From assembly GCA_963675755.2 (NCBI GenBank), contig CAXXMD010000003.1, forward strand, positions 2,816,001 to 2,880,000: DNA of 64,000 nucleotides, in the 5' to 3' direction. The notes under the pieces were generated by a model. The model saw only the letters and a program-made list of their open reading frames with translations, did not search any database and was not told the DNA's origin. The position numbers were made by a program, and so were the translations under genes. The stretch comes from a bacterium. Lineage in GTDB: Bacteria > Zhuqueibacterota > Zhuqueibacteria > Residuimicrobiales > Krinioviventaceae. This document shows, one piece after another, positions 9,585 through 20,969 of this stretch (positions are counted from its first letter, which is position 1; each line of letters starts with the position of its first letter).

Positions 9585-9675
9585 AATTTTTACTCTTGAT
9601 TTAATACAAATACGATATTACGTCGGATTACCAATTTTGTAATTAAAAAATAATTTGTTAATAAAACAAGAGATT

Positions 9676-12516
9676 TCAGGATTCTTTACATCTGTTTCTT
9701 GCCATTTCTTTTTTCAAATACTGACCGGTAAAAGATTTAGAGTTTTCTGCAACAACTTCGGGTGAACCCGTTGCAATGATCTGTCCGCCCTCGTCTCCAC
9801 CTTCCGGACCCAGATCAATTATATGGTCAGCTGTTTTTATTACATCCATTTGATGTTCAATGACAATGATTGTATTGCCTCTGTCAACCAGACGATTTAA
9901 AACTTTTAACAGCATATTGATATCTTCAAAATGTAATCCGGTTGTGGGTTCGTCCAGGATGTAAATCGTTTTACCGGTACTTCTTTTTGATAATTCTGTT
10001 GCAAGTTTTACACGTTGAGCTTCACCACCAGAGAGAGTAGTGGCTTGCTGGCCTAATTTAATGTAGCCAAGGCCCACGTCATAAAGGGTTTGTAATTTAT
10101 TGCGAATTGGGGGGATTTTGTCGAAAAAGTTGAGAGCCTGTGAAACAGTCATTTCCAAAATGTCTGCAATGGATTTACCTTTATATTTGATTTCCAAAGT
10201 TTCACGATTGTATCTATGGCCCTTACAAACTTCACAGGTTACATATACATCCGGCAAAAAGTGCATTTCAATTTTTAAAATACCGTCACCTTCACAGGCT
10301 TCACACCTGCCGCCTTTGACATTAAAACTGAATCGACCGGGTTTGTATCCATGAATTTTTGACTCGGGTAATTGTGTAAAGAGCTCCCGAATATGGGTGA
10401 ATACACCTGTATAAGTAGCAGGATTTGAGCGCGGTGTTCTACCTATGGGTGACTGGTCGATATCAATAACCTTGTCGACATGTTCAAGGCCGGTAATGCT
10501 TTTGAATGGCAGGGGATTGGCTTTACTGCCGTAAAAATGTTTCTGTAAAACGCGATAAAGGGTTTCGTTGATAAGTGAAGACTTGCCGCTTCCGGAAACC
10601 CCGGTAATTGCAATGAATATACCTAAAGGTATTTCCAGTTCTACACTTTTTAAATTATTACCGGTTGCTCCCTGCAATTTAATAGAATTACCATTACTTT
10701 TACGACGCTCCTCGGGAATGGGTATGCATTTACGTCCGGACAGATATTGACCTGTAATTGAATTGGCATCATTGGTTACCTGTTCAGGGGTTCCCATAGC
10801 TACTATTTCACCGCCATGTTCACCAGCACCGGGACCCAGATCAACCAGAAAATCTGCACATTCAATGGTTTCCTGGTCATGCTCTACTACGATTACCGTA
10901 TTTCCGAGGTCGCGCAGTTTTGTCAGAGTGTCGATTAGTTTTACATTGTCTCGCTGATGAAGTCCTATACTAGGTTCGTCCAGAATATAGAGTACTCCTA
11001 CAAGTTGAGAGCCTATCTGGGTTGCCAAACGGATACGCTGGGCTTCGCCGCCGGAAAGCGTTCCTGAAGCTCTGTCAAGCGTGAGATAATTGAGACCTAC
11101 GTTTTTCAAAAATCCAAGTCGTTCACGGATCTCTTTGAGAATCTGGTGGGCTATTTGTTTCTCACGATCATTCAGTTTTACATTGTTAAAAAATGCATCA
11201 GACTCTTTGATGGACATAGAGGTAACATCCTGAATGGAATATTTACCTATTCTTACAGAGCGGGCCTCTTTGCGCAGGCGGGCACCACCACATTCGGGAC
11301 AAGGGACAACGTTCATGAATTTTTCAATCCATTCTCGTACACCCTGCGAGTCTGTCTGATGATAGCGTCGCTCAAGATTGTGGATTACACCTTCATACTT
11401 GTGGCGAAAGACGCCTTCATGATTGCCTGAACGGGATTTATAATCAAATGAGATTTGTTCATCGGTACCATGCAGTAATTCATTCTGGCATTGTTCCGGC
11501 AGGTCCTGGAATGGTGTGCTGATTTTTTGTCCGTGTTTTTCCAACACTCCTTTAGCAAGCGTAATGTACCACCCGTCTTTGAGCTGACCCCATGGGACCA
11601 GTGCGCCATCACTCAAGGTCTTTGTTTTATCTGGCACAACCAGGTCGGGATCGATTTCCATGCGCGTCCCCAAACCGTTACAGGATGGGCATGCACCATA
11701 GGGAGAGTTGAATGAAAACATGCGGGGTGCAAGTTCTTCGTATGATATGCCGCAGTCGATACACGCATAGTTTTCACTAAACAAGTGCTCATCACCGTCA
11801 ATTTCACTGATAAGTAAAATTCCGTTACCCAGTTTGAGTGCGGTTTCTACAGAGTCGGTCAGGCGTTTCTGGATTTCCGGCTTTATGATCAAGCGGTCAA
11901 CAACAATTTCAATATTGTGTTTTTTATTTTTATCGAGTTTGATTTCCGATTCAAGCTCAAGATTTTCACTGTCTACACGAACACGTACAAATCCGTCTCT
12001 TTTGGCTTCTTCAAATACGTCTTTATATTCGCCCTTACGTCCACGGACAATGGGGGCCAATACCTGAATTTTAGTGCCCTGAGGTAATGATAATATCCGG
12101 TCAACCATTTGCTGAACGGTTTGACGCTCAATTTTTTTGCCGCAATTATAGCAATAGGGGATACCAACCCGGCTGAAAAGTAAACGAAGATAGTCATATA
12201 TTTCGGTTACGGTACCCACGGTTGAACGTGGATTCTTGCCGGTCGTTTTTTGTTCAATGGAAATTGCTGGGGATAGACCTTCTATATAGTCTACATCCGG
12301 TTTTTCCATAAGACCCAGAAACTGACGAGCGTATGCAGACAAGGATTCAACGTATCGTCGTTGACCTTCTGCATAGATGGTGTCAAAAGCAAGTGAGGAT
12401 TTTCCTGAGCCGGAAAGACCGGTAATAACAACAAGTTGATTTCTGGGTAATTCAATATTGAGGTTTTTTAAATTGTGCTCTCTGGCACCTTTTATAATTA
12501 ATTTATCTTTTTCCAC
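9676..12516 (-). CDS. uvrA: Excinuclease ABC subunit A
   Basis: [32 protein letters not shown], two LSGGEAQR signatures and zinc-finger cysteines. GTG start. Confidence 0.99.
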   Translation of the reverse strand: MEKDKLIIKGAREHNLKNLNIELPRNQLVVITGLSGSGKSSLAFDTIYAEGQRRYVESLSAYARQFLGLMEKPDVDYIEGLSPAISIEQKTTGKNPRSTVGTVTEIYDYLRLLFSRVGIPYCYNCGKKIERQTVQQMVDRILSLPQGTKIQVLAPIVRGRKGEYKDVFEEAKRDGFVRVRVDSENLELESEIKLDKNKKHNIEIVVDRLIIKPEIQKRLTDSVETALKLGNGILLISEIDGDEHLFSENYACIDCGISYEELAPRMFSFNSPYGACPSCNGLGTRMEIDPDLVVPDKTKTLSDGALVPWGQLKDGWYITLAKGVLEKHGQKISTPFQDLPEQCQNELLHGTDEQISFDYKSRSGNHEGVFRHKYEGVIHNLERRYHQTDSQGVREWIEKFMNVVPCPECGGARLRKEARSVRIGKYSIQDVTSMSIKESDAFFNNVKLNDREKQIAHQILKEIRERLGFLKNVGLNYLTLDRASGTLSGGEAQRIRLATQIGSQLVGVLYILDEPSIGLHQRDNVKLIDTLTKLRDLGNTVIVVEHDQETIECADFLVDLGPGAGEHGGEIVAMGTPEQVTNDANSITGQYLSGRKCIPIPEERRKSNGNSIKLQGATGNNLKSVELEIPLGIFIAITGVSGSGKSSLINETLYRVLQKHFYGSKANPLPFKSITGLEHVDKVIDIDQSPIGRTPRSNPATYTGVFTHIRELFTQLPESKIHGYKPGRFSFNVKGGRCEACEGDGILKIEMHFLPDVYVTCEVCKGHRYNRETLEIKYKGKSIADILEMTVSQALNFFDKIPPIRNKLQTLYDVGLGYIKLGQQATTLSGGEAQRVKLATELSKRSTGKTIYILDEPTTGLHFEDINMLLKVLNRLVDRGNTIIVIEHQMDVIKTADHIIDLGPEGGDEGGQIIATGSPEVVAENSKSFTGQYLKKEMARNRCKES

Positions 12517-12619
12517 GATACTACCATTTTTTTATTCAGGTGAATAATAACAATCTCTTAATATAATTATTCCCCTGTTCAATATAAAGTAAATTGTATG
12601 TAAAAAAATGAAAAATTAT

Positions 12620-12648
12620 TTGACATTTTGCAAAAAAACGAGTAGTAT
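12620..12648 (+). promoter_or_regulatory. Sigma70 promoter for the TPR protein gene
   Basis: TTGACA (12620-12625), 17 bp, TAGTAT (12643-12648). Confidence 0.6.
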
Positions 12649-12682
12649 ACTGAAACCCATTCATGTTAATAAGGAGCAAGGC

Positions 12683-13444
12683 ATGAAACATCTGATTTTG
12701 GCAGTACTGTTTATTTCAGTTAGTTTGGCAGCACAGGATCTTTCAGTCCAGGATTTACTGAAGCAAGGTGATGACGCTTTTGATGCGTTTGATAATGAAC
12801 GCGCAATGGTTTCTTATTTGAAAGCGTATGAAGCAGACAATTCCAATTGTGAAGCATTGTGGAAGATAACCCGGGCGTATGTTGATCTGGGTGAAGAACT
12901 TGATGGCGATGAACAAAAAGAACATTATAAGAAAGCGGACGAATATGCGGACCTGGCGATTACAACGTGCCCCGATGATGCTGATGCGCATTTATTCAAG
13001 TCTGTCGCTTTGGGCCGTGTTGCCCTTGTATCCGGGAAAAAAGAACAGGTACAGATGTCTGCTACTGTCAAAGCGGAAGCAATGAAAGCGCTGGAACTGG
13101 ATCCTAATAAAGATGTTGCGCATCATGTGCTTGCCCGTTGGCATCGCAAAGTTGCGAACTTGGGTGGTCTGCAAAAAACTTTTGCCAAAGTGTTGTATGG
13201 CGGTTTGCCGGATGCCAGTAACGAAAAGGCAATTGAGCATTTTAAAAAGGCTATAGAGTTGAATCCCACATTTGTAAATCATTACCTGGAACTGGGTTTG
13301 ACCTATGAAGAGACTGAAGAATGGCAAAAAGCCAAAGAGCAATATGATAAAGTTTTGGAATTGCCTGCAACATCTTCAGATGATAAAGAACACAAGAAAA
13401 CAGCCCGGGAACGGTTGGAAAAAATAAGTAAAAAGCTGGATTGA
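12683..13444 (+). CDS. Exported TPR-repeat protein
   Basis: AAGGAG RBS, signal peptide MKHLILAVLFISVSLAA, TPR patterns (AMKALELDP, FKKAIELNP, YLELGLTY). Confidence 0.85.
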   Translation: MKHLILAVLFISVSLAAQDLSVQDLLKQGDDAFDAFDNERAMVSYLKAYEADNSNCEALWKITRAYVDLGEELDGDEQKEHYKKADEYADLAITTCPDDADAHLFKSVALGRVALVSGKKEQVQMSATVKAEAMKALELDPNKDVAHHVLARWHRKVANLGGLQKTFAKVLYGGLPDASNEKAIEHFKKAIELNPTFVNHYLELGLTYEETEEWQKAKEQYDKVLELPATSSDDKEHKKTARERLEKISKKLD

Positions 13445-13481
13445 AAAATTTCTGCATTATTGTAAATGTAGAAAAAAGTTA

Positions 13482-13510
13482 TTGAATTTAATACTTTTTT
13501 TAATTATAAT
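13482..13510 (+). promoter_or_regulatory. Sigma70 promoter upstream of gltBD
   Basis: TTGAAT (13482-13487), 17 bp, TATAAT (13505-13510). Confidence 0.65.
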
Positions 13511-13511
13511 T

Positions 13512-13563
13512 AGATCAGGATGTACTGAAAGAGCAGTGGTGCAGTGTATCCTGATCTTTTTTT
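13512..13563 (+). terminator. Terminator hairpin in the TPR-gltB intergenic region
   Basis: 16-bp stem AGATCAGGATGTACTG / CAGTGTATCCTGATCT with two G-U pairs, ending in a T7 run. Confidence 0.75.
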
Positions 13564-13831
13564 GATCTATCGATGAACGGATTTGACATAGAATTCCAAT
13601 CCGCTATTGAGAAGAAATGAAAACGTATATGATTCGATTCAAATTGAAACGTATCCGCTCAATTTGATGCACTCCTTTTCATCACATTCCAAGTGACATG
13701 ACATAAAGGCTGTATCAAGTTGGTGCGGTCTATAAAAAATGAAATTGGGTTGGACTCCCTTTGAGGAACACCTATCTTTAACCCGGATTTTTTTAGCATG
13801 AAAAAGCCAGTAAAAGAACTAGAGGTTTAGC

Positions 13832-16800
13832 ATGAAAAATAACAGTCACACATTACCCCTGAATGCAGCAGGACATCCACTACATCCACAGGGCTTGTAT
13901 GACCCCGCATTTGAACATGATGCATGTGGTGTAGGATTTATTGCCAGGTTAAATGGAATTCCAGATCACTCGTTGGTTTTAGATTCTATTAAAATTCTGG
14001 TAAATCTGGAGCATCGCGGTGCTATAGGTGGTGACGCAGGTACCGGTGACGGAGCCGGTTTGTTGCTGCAATTGCCTGATGCTTTTTTTCAATCATCTGA
14101 CAGTGGTATCAGTTTCAAGCTTCCGAAAGCAGGTGAATACGCGGTTGCTATGATTTTTTTACCCAAGGATGCCGATGTTCGAAAACGATGTGTGAAAACA
14201 TGCGAATCAATTGTTGAAAAAGAAGGCTGCAAAGTACTGGGATGGAGAACTGTTCCTGTACATAATGATCACCTTGGAGTTTTGGCCAAGTCCACACAAC
14301 CCGAAATTGTACAGTTGTTTGTACATGGATGTAAATTAGCCGGTGAGGCATTTGAAAGAAAAATGTATGTTATGCGCCGGGTTATGGAAAAAGAAGTGCT
14401 TGGTTGGAAAAATGTTGATGCCAGCCAGTTTTATGTTGCAAGTTTTTCTGCAAAAACAATAGTATATAAAGGCTTATTAACCGGTACACAGTTGTCTACT
14501 TTTTATCCTGATTTGAGCAGCAAGAATTTTCTTAGTGCGTTTTCTATTGTTCACCAGCGATACAGTACCAATACCTTGCCTACCTGGAAGCTGGCCCAGC
14601 CCTTCCGTACGCTTGCGCATAATGGAGAAATCAATACCCTGCGTGGTAACATTAACAGGATGCGCTCCCGTGAGGCAAAAATACAATCCGAGTTTTTTGG
14701 TAAAGATATTAATAAACTCAAACCCATCCTGATTGAAGATGGTAGCGATTCTGCTATATTTGATAACGGTCTTGAATTGCTGATTATGGCGGGACGTTCA
14801 TTACCACACGCCGCTATGATGATGGTTCCTGAGGCATTTGGTCCTAAAATTAAAATGAGTGAAGATAAACGTGCCTTTTATGAATATCACTCTGCACTCA
14901 TGGAGCCCTGGGACGGTCCCGCAGCTTTGGCCTTTACGGATGGTCGTTATATTGGCGCAACCCTTGACAGAAATGGATTACGTCCTGCGCGTTATACGGT
15001 TACCAAAAATGGACTTGTTATTATGGCATCCGAAACCGGTGTTTTGGATATAGAGCCTGAAAATATTTTACAGCGCGGCCGTTTACAGCCGGGCAAGATG
15101 TTCCTTGTGGATTTGGTACAGAATAGAATTGTACCGGATAATGAAATTAAAGCCAAGATATCCCGTCAAAAACCATATCGTCGTTGGGTGCGCGAAAACC
15201 ACTTGCAGCTCCGTGGATTGTTTAAACCGTCACAGATCCCGGAATCTGATGCTGAAGTTGTGCGCAGAAGACAGCATGCATTCGGCTATACGGATGAAGA
15301 ACTGAAAATGATCATCAGCCCTATGGCTTCTCGTGGTCAGGAACCGGTAGGTTCCATGGGTAATGATGCTCCGCTGGCTGTATTGTCTGAGAGACCCCAA
15401 CTGTTATTTAATTATTTTAAACAATTGTTTGCGCAGGTGACAAATCCGCCAATTGACCCCTTGCGTGAAGAGCTGGTTATGTCACTTGAAAGTTTTGTGG
15501 GTCGAGAGAAAAACTTTTTGGAAGAAACACCAGAACATTATCGTGGTCTTAAATTGAGCCACCCCATTCTGACTCCTGAAGATATGGCTCTGATCCGTGA
15601 ATCAGGGCATCCGGATATTGATGCGAGAAATATCGACATCCTTTTTTCTATCAAGGGTGGTGGCAAAGCTCTGGAAAAAGGTTTGAATCAGGTCTTTGAA
15701 ACAGCCAAAAAACATATTGAAGATGGTGCTACCTTGTTGGTATTGACAGACAAGAATATGGATGCGGACCACGCACCTATTCCTGTTCTGCTTGCGGCTT
15801 CTGGTTTGCATCATTATCTCATTAATAGTGGGATACGTAACAGTGCAGGTATAATTGTAGAGACTGGTGAAGTTCGTGAAGTTATGCACTATTGCTTGCA
15901 GGTTGCTTTTGGTACGGATGCAATTTGTCCTTACCTGGCTTTTCATACTGTTCGCGAATTATCAGAGTCTGATTTGTTAGAACAGAGTGTGCCTGCCGAA
16001 GAGGCTATGGACAATTACATACAGGCAATTAAGAAAGGCTTTTTAAAGACCCTGAGCCGTATGGGTTTGTCAACCTTGCACAGTTTTTTTGGTTCACAAA
16101 TATTTGAAGCTATTGGTATTCATAAAGATGTGGTTGACAAGTATTTCTGTAATACCGCATCGCGAATTGGTGGTGTGGGGCTGGAAGAGATTGCGCTGGA
16201 AGTTTATGCTCGTCATGCAAAGGCCTTTCCCGAGCACAGAAATCCGGAATCTTTACTTGATCCGGGTGGTAACTATCATATCCGTATCAATGGTGAAAAA
16301 CACATGTGGTCAACTGAAGCTATTTACAAGCTGCAAATGGCTACCCGAAATAATGATTATTCAATTTTTAAAGAATATACAGCATTGCTGGATGATGCAT
16401 CCAAGAACCGTGCTACGTTGAGAAGCCTGTTTTCATTTAAAAAGGGCACCCCAATACCAATCGATGAGGTGGAACCGGTAGAAGAAATTACCAAGCGTTT
16501 TGTTGGCGCGGCAATGTCTTTTGGTTCTATCAGTCGTGAAGCACATGAGGCTATTGCAATTGGTATGAACCGTTTGGGCGCAAGAAGCAATTCCGGAGAA
16601 GGTGGTGAAGATCCGGCACGCTATATTCCGCTTCCCAATGGAGATTCCAAAAAGTCACGCATTAAACAGTTTGCATCAGGTCGTTTTGGTGTAACCACAG
16701 AATACGCGATAAACGCCGACGAGCTTCAGATCAAGATTGCCCAGGGTGCAAAACCGGGTGAAGGCGGTCAGTTGCCGGGCCATAAAGTCAGTGAAGATAT

Positions 16801-18421
16801 CGCACGCGTGCGTCATACAACTCCCGGTGTAACTTTGATTTCACCACCGCCGCATCATGATATTTATTCTATTGAAGATATTGCACAATTAATTTATGAT
16901 ATGAAATCAGTAAATCCCAAGGCGCGTGTATCAGTCAAGCTGGTTTCCGAAGTGGGTGTTGGTACCATTGCTTCGGGTGTAGCCAAAGCAAAATCTGATA
17001 CTGTGTTGATATCCGGTCATGACGGTGGCACAGGTGCTTCTCCATTGACATCAATTAAACACGCCGGTCTGCCATGGGAACTTGGACTTGCAGAGACACA
17101 GCAGTCACTGATATTTAATAAACTTCGTGATCGTATCCGTGTTCAGACTGACGGACAATTAAAAACCGGACGTGATCTTGCAATTGCAGCGTTATTGGGT
17201 GCGGAAGAATATGGTTTTGGTACCTCAATGCTTATCACCCTGGGATGTATTATGATGCGTAAATGTCATCTCAATACATGCCCTGTAGGTGTTGCAACCC
17301 AAAATGATACTTTGCGTTCAAGATTTACCGGCAAGCCGGATTATGTAGAACGTTTTCTGCGGTTTATTGCCCAGGAATTGCGTGAACATATGGCCGAGTT
17401 GGGCTTCCGTACCATTGATGAAATGGTGGGACGTGTAGATATGCTCGATTTTCAACCGGCTATTGATCACTGGAAAGCAAAAAATGTTGACCTGACCCCG
17501 TTATTACAACAGTTTAATACAGATGGACAAAATGTGGCGTTGCGTTGCATTCGTCCCCAGGACCCGGATGAAAATGAAGTACTGGATCTGAAACTGATTG
17601 AACTGGCTAAACCGGCTATTGATAATATGAAACCGGTTGATATTCACCTGCCCGTCCGCAATATTCACCGTACTGTTGGTGCGCGGTTGAGCGGTCTGGT
17701 TACTGAAAAACATGGCGCTAAAGGATTGCCCGAAAATACCATCAATATTAAACTGGAAGGTTCAGTAGGCCAGAGCTTTGGTGCGTTTTTGGCACCGGGT
17801 GTAACTATTCGTGTTGAAGGTGATGCGAATGATTACCTGGGTAAATCCATGTCTGGCGGTCGTATTGAACTGGTTCCACCAGCCAAAGCTACTTTTCAAC
17901 CCCACAACAATGTGATTGTTGGTAATGTGGTCCTTTATGGGGCAACCGGAGGCGAAATTTATATTAATGGTATGGCAGGAGAGCGTTTTGCTGTTAGAAA
18001 TAGTGGTGCCAAAGCCGTGGTTGAAGGTGTTGGTGATCATGGATGTGAATACATGACAGGCGGAACCGTGGTTGTAATTGGTTCAACCGGACACAACTTT
18101 GCGGCCGGTATGAGCGGTGGTATCGCTTATGTTTATGATGAAAACGAACTTTTTGATACCAAATGTAATCTGGATATGGTTGATCTGGAAAGCGTTTGGC
18201 ACAAGGAAGATAAAAAAGTATTAAAGAGCATGCTTGAAGCTCATTACAAATATACAAACAGTCCACGGGCAAAAGCTTTACTTGATGACTGGGATACCCA
18301 TTTACCCCTGTTTGTTAAAGTTATGCCTATTGATTATCGCAAGGTGTTGGAACGTATGAAACTTGAAGAAGATACAGCCCGGGACACCGTATCTGCTACT
18401 GAGGAGGTTTTCGATGGCTAA
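13832..18421 (+). CDS. gltB: Glutamate synthase large subunit
   Basis: EHDACGVGF Ntn cysteine, HQRYSTNT, AHNGEINTL, KIAQGAKPGEGGQLPG, CIMMRKCHLNTC, GXGXG C-terminal domain. Confidence 0.99.
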   Translation: MKNNSHTLPLNAAGHPLHPQGLYDPAFEHDACGVGFIARLNGIPDHSLVLDSIKILVNLEHRGAIGGDAGTGDGAGLLLQLPDAFFQSSDSGISFKLPKAGEYAVAMIFLPKDADVRKRCVKTCESIVEKEGCKVLGWRTVPVHNDHLGVLAKSTQPEIVQLFVHGCKLAGEAFERKMYVMRRVMEKEVLGWKNVDASQFYVASFSAKTIVYKGLLTGTQLSTFYPDLSSKNFLSAFSIVHQRYSTNTLPTWKLAQPFRTLAHNGEINTLRGNINRMRSREAKIQSEFFGKDINKLKPILIEDGSDSAIFDNGLELLIMAGRSLPHAAMMMVPEAFGPKIKMSEDKRAFYEYHSALMEPWDGPAALAFTDGRYIGATLDRNGLRPARYTVTKNGLVIMASETGVLDIEPENILQRGRLQPGKMFLVDLVQNRIVPDNEIKAKISRQKPYRRWVRENHLQLRGLFKPSQIPESDAEVVRRRQHAFGYTDEELKMIISPMASRGQEPVGSMGNDAPLAVLSERPQLLFNYFKQLFAQVTNPPIDPLREELVMSLESFVGREKNFLEETPEHYRGLKLSHPILTPEDMALIRESGHPDIDARNIDILFSIKGGGKALEKGLNQVFETAKKHIEDGATLLVLTDKNMDADHAPIPVLLAASGLHHYLINSGIRNSAGIIVETGEVREVMHYCLQVAFGTDAICPYLAFHTVRELSESDLLEQSVPAEEAMDNYIQAIKKGFLKTLSRMGLSTLHSFFGSQIFEAIGIHKDVVDKYFCNTASRIGGVGLEEIALEVYARHAKAFPEHRNPESLLDPGGNYHIRINGEKHMWSTEAIYKLQMATRNNDYSIFKEYTALLDDASKNRATLRSLFSFKKGTPIPIDEVEPVEEITKRFVGAAMSFGSISREAHEAIAIGMNRLGARSNSGEGGEDPARYIPLPNGDSKKSRIKQFASGRFGVTTEYAINADELQIKIAQGAKPGEGGQLPGHKVSEDIARVRHTTPGVTLISPPPHHDIYSIEDIAQLIYDMKSVNPKARVSVKLVSEVGVGTIASGVAKAKSDTVLISGHDGGTGASPLTSIKHAGLPWELGLAETQQSLIFNKLRDRIRVQTDGQLKTGRDLAIAALLGAEEYGFGTSMLITLGCIMMRKCHLNTCPVGVATQNDTLRSRFTGKPDYVERFLRFIAQELREHMAELGFRTIDEMVGRVDMLDFQPAIDHWKAKNVDLTPLLQQFNTDGQNVALRCIRPQDPDENEVLDLKLIELAKPAIDNMKPVDIHLPVRNIHRTVGARLSGLVTEKHGAKGLPENTINIKLEGSVGQSFGAFLAPGVTIRVEGDANDYLGKSMSGGRIELVPPAKATFQPHNNVIVGNVVLYGATGGEIYINGMAGERFAVRNSGAKAVVEGVGDHGCEYMTGGTVVVIGSTGHNFAAGMSGGIAYVYDENELFDTKCNLDMVDLESVWHKEDKKVLKSMLEAHYKYTNSPRAKALLDDWDTHLPLFVKVMPIDYRKVLERMKLEEDTARDTVSATEEVFDG

Positions 18422-19841
18422 GCCTACAGGGTTTTTAGAATATACACGAGAGGATGCACCAAAAAGACTGGTGCATGAGCGTGTTAAAGATTATCGTGAA
18501 TTTGAAACCATGCTGCCACCGGAAGGCATTCATAATCAGGCAGCACGCTGTATGGATTGTGGTGTGCCTTCGTGCCATGCGTTTGGATGCCCTACTCAGA
18601 ACCGGATACCGGATTGGAATGATCTGGTATATCGTGAACAGTGGCAAAGAGCGTTGGATGTGTTGCATTCTACAGATAATTTCCCGGAATTTACCGGGCG
18701 TGTTTGCCCTGCTCCCTGTGAAGCGGCATGTACATTGGGTATTAATCAGCCAGCGGTAACCATCCGTCAGATTGAATTACAGATTATAGAAAGAGGATGG
18801 AAAGAAGGATGGGTTATTCCACAGCCTTCTGAATATAAATCCGGTAAAAAAGTGGCAATTGTTGGTTCTGGTCCTGCCGGTATGGCGGCTGCTCAGCAGA
18901 TTGCCCGCATGGGACACGAAGCAATTCTTTTTGAAAAATCTGATCGAATTGGTGGATTGCTGCGTTATGGAATTCCGGATTTCAAGCTTGATAAAAGTGT
19001 GATTGACCGTCGATTGAAACAACTGGAAGCAGAGGGTGTTATCTTTGAAACCGGTGTAGATGTTGGCGTAGACATTTCTGTACGATATCTGCAGCGTACT
19101 TTTGATGCGGTTGTGATTACTGCCGGTTCAACAGTACCCCGTAATCTGGTTGCTCCCGGTCGTGATTTGGATGGGGTTTATTACGCAATGCAGTTTTTGA
19201 CCCAGCAGAATAAATTGAACGCCGGTGATGAAATTCCCGCGGACCAGTTGATCTCTGCCAAAGACAAACATGTTCTGGTTATTGGTGGCGGTGATACCGG
19301 TTCGGATTGTATTGGTACCAGCATTCGTCAGGGTGCACGCCATGTAACCCAGATTGAAATTATGCCCAAACCACCGGCAGAACGCACGGCTGATAATCCC
19401 TGGCCATTGTGGCCCAACATTCAGCGCACATCCTCTTCTCAGGAAGAAGGTTGTGATCGTGACTGGTCTGTTTTGACAAAGGAATTCGTTGGCAAGGATA
19501 AAGTGGAAAAAGTTAAAGCTGCAAAGATAGAATGGTCAGAACCGGACGAGAATGGTCGTCGTAATTTTACTGAAATTGCCGGTTCCGAGTACGAGATCAA
19601 AGCAGATCTGGTCTTGCTGGCAATGGGTTTTATACACGTAGAGCATGGTCCGTTGGTTACTGATTATGAGCTCAAATGCGATGAACGTAATAATATTATT
19701 GTAGACAAGAACTTTATGACTAATGTGCCGGGTGTTTTCGCCGCAGGTGACAGTGTTTTAGGCGCTTCACTGGTTGTACGTGCTCTGCATCAGGGGCGTA
19801 AAGCCGCAGAAGGTGTAGACAAGTATTTGCAAACACTCTAG
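18414..19841 (+). CDS. gltD: Glutamate synthase small subunit
   Basis: Start MAKPTGF overlaps the gltB stop. RCMDCGVPSC, GRVCPAPCE, GSGPAG, IGGGDTGSDC. Confidence 0.98.
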   Translation: MAKPTGFLEYTREDAPKRLVHERVKDYREFETMLPPEGIHNQAARCMDCGVPSCHAFGCPTQNRIPDWNDLVYREQWQRALDVLHSTDNFPEFTGRVCPAPCEAACTLGINQPAVTIRQIELQIIERGWKEGWVIPQPSEYKSGKKVAIVGSGPAGMAAAQQIARMGHEAILFEKSDRIGGLLRYGIPDFKLDKSVIDRRLKQLEAEGVIFETGVDVGVDISVRYLQRTFDAVVITAGSTVPRNLVAPGRDLDGVYYAMQFLTQQNKLNAGDEIPADQLISAKDKHVLVIGGGDTGSDCIGTSIRQGARHVTQIEIMPKPPAERTADNPWPLWPNIQRTSSSQEEGCDRDWSVLTKEFVGKDKVEKVKAAKIEWSEPDENGRRNFTEIAGSEYEIKADLVLLAMGFIHVEHGPLVTDYELKCDERNNIIVDKNFMTNVPGVFAAGDSVLGASLVVRALHQGRKAAEGVDKYLQTL

Positions 19842-19865
19842 TCGTTAAAAAATATACATCAAACA

Positions 19866-19904
19866 GGGCCCCTTTTTTACATCATGAAAAAGGGGCCTTT
19901 TTTT
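19866..19904 (+). terminator. Intrinsic terminator after gltD
   Basis: GGCCCCTTTTT ... AAAAAGGGGCC followed by a T-run. Confidence 0.85.
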
Positions 19905-20017
19905 ATATGTAAAATTTAAATATTGCTTAATATTAAAAAAAATGTAAATTGATATAAATTCGGGTGGTACATCGGGGACTTGTAATATATTAAATCTGTA
20001 CTTGTTTCAAGGGGAAA

Positions 20018-20962
20018 ATGATGAAGAATAAATCCTTTTATTTGTATTTGCTGGCAATTGTATTTTTATTAAATGTCTCGGTTAATTACGCGCAAAATAA
20101 TTACATGGCCGGGTATGTGAACAATACACGCTCTATTGCAATGGGGCATACTGCTTCTACCGCTTTTTCTGATGTTTTTTCAGGGTATTTGAATCCTGCA
20201 TCTCTTTCGCAAGCCGAAGCTATAACATCATCACTATTTTACACCTCATTTAAAGATGATAAAAGTTTCAAGGGGGGCGGGATCGCAATCCCGGTACCGG
20301 ATTTTGGTACTTTGGGGATCAGTTATATTGACAATACCGCACAACTCAATGTAACGTTTGCTGATAACGCAGGATTTAATTTGGAAGAATATAAGGAACA
20401 ACAATTTTTATTATCCTATGCCAGATCACTGGGATATAATCTCGCATTGGGTATGAATGTAAAATATGTTGCCTGTGACTATCAAAATTATTATGACAGC
20501 AATATGGACTATTCCGGGATTGATTTCAGCTTGCAATACAAACCAGATATAAGTAATGTTGTTTTTCGAAATACTGCAATAGGTTTTGCTGTAAATAACG
20601 CACTGGAACTTGCTGTACCAACTGAACAAAGTTTATTGAAACATTACAATATTATTGTAGACAAGAAAATTTCAAACGGGAAAAATGTTTTGTCTTTGAT
20701 AGCGAATGTTGTTTTCCATGAGCAATATGTCCATGAAAATCAATATAGCGTAGAAATGGTGAAAAAAGTGAGCAAACCCCGGTTTTTCTGGGGTGCCGAG
20801 TACAGAATGTCACATTTCTATTTTCGGGCGGGACATGCAATCAGTTCTTTGTCCGGGGGAATGGGCGTTTTCTACAAATCATTCAGATTCGAATATTCTT
20901 ATGGTCCACTTGCCATTGATTCTTTCAAGGCGAATAGCTTTTCTGTCAGTTATGGATTCTAG
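20018..20962 (+). CDS. PorV/PorQ-like outer-membrane beta-barrel protein
   Basis: Signal peptide, RSIAMG...YLNPASL N-terminal motif, amphipathic beta-strands, C-terminal SVSYGF. Confidence 0.65.
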   Translation: MMKNKSFYLYLLAIVFLLNVSVNYAQNNYMAGYVNNTRSIAMGHTASTAFSDVFSGYLNPASLSQAEAITSSLFYTSFKDDKSFKGGGIAIPVPDFGTLGISYIDNTAQLNVTFADNAGFNLEEYKEQQFLLSYARSLGYNLALGMNVKYVACDYQNYYDSNMDYSGIDFSLQYKPDISNVVFRNTAIGFAVNNALELAVPTEQSLLKHYNIIVDKKISNGKNVLSLIANVVFHEQYVHENQYSVEMVKKVSKPRFFWGAEYRMSHFYFRAGHAISSLSGGMGVFYKSFRFEYSYGPLAIDSFKANSFSVSYGF

Positions 20963-20969
20963 TTTATAA

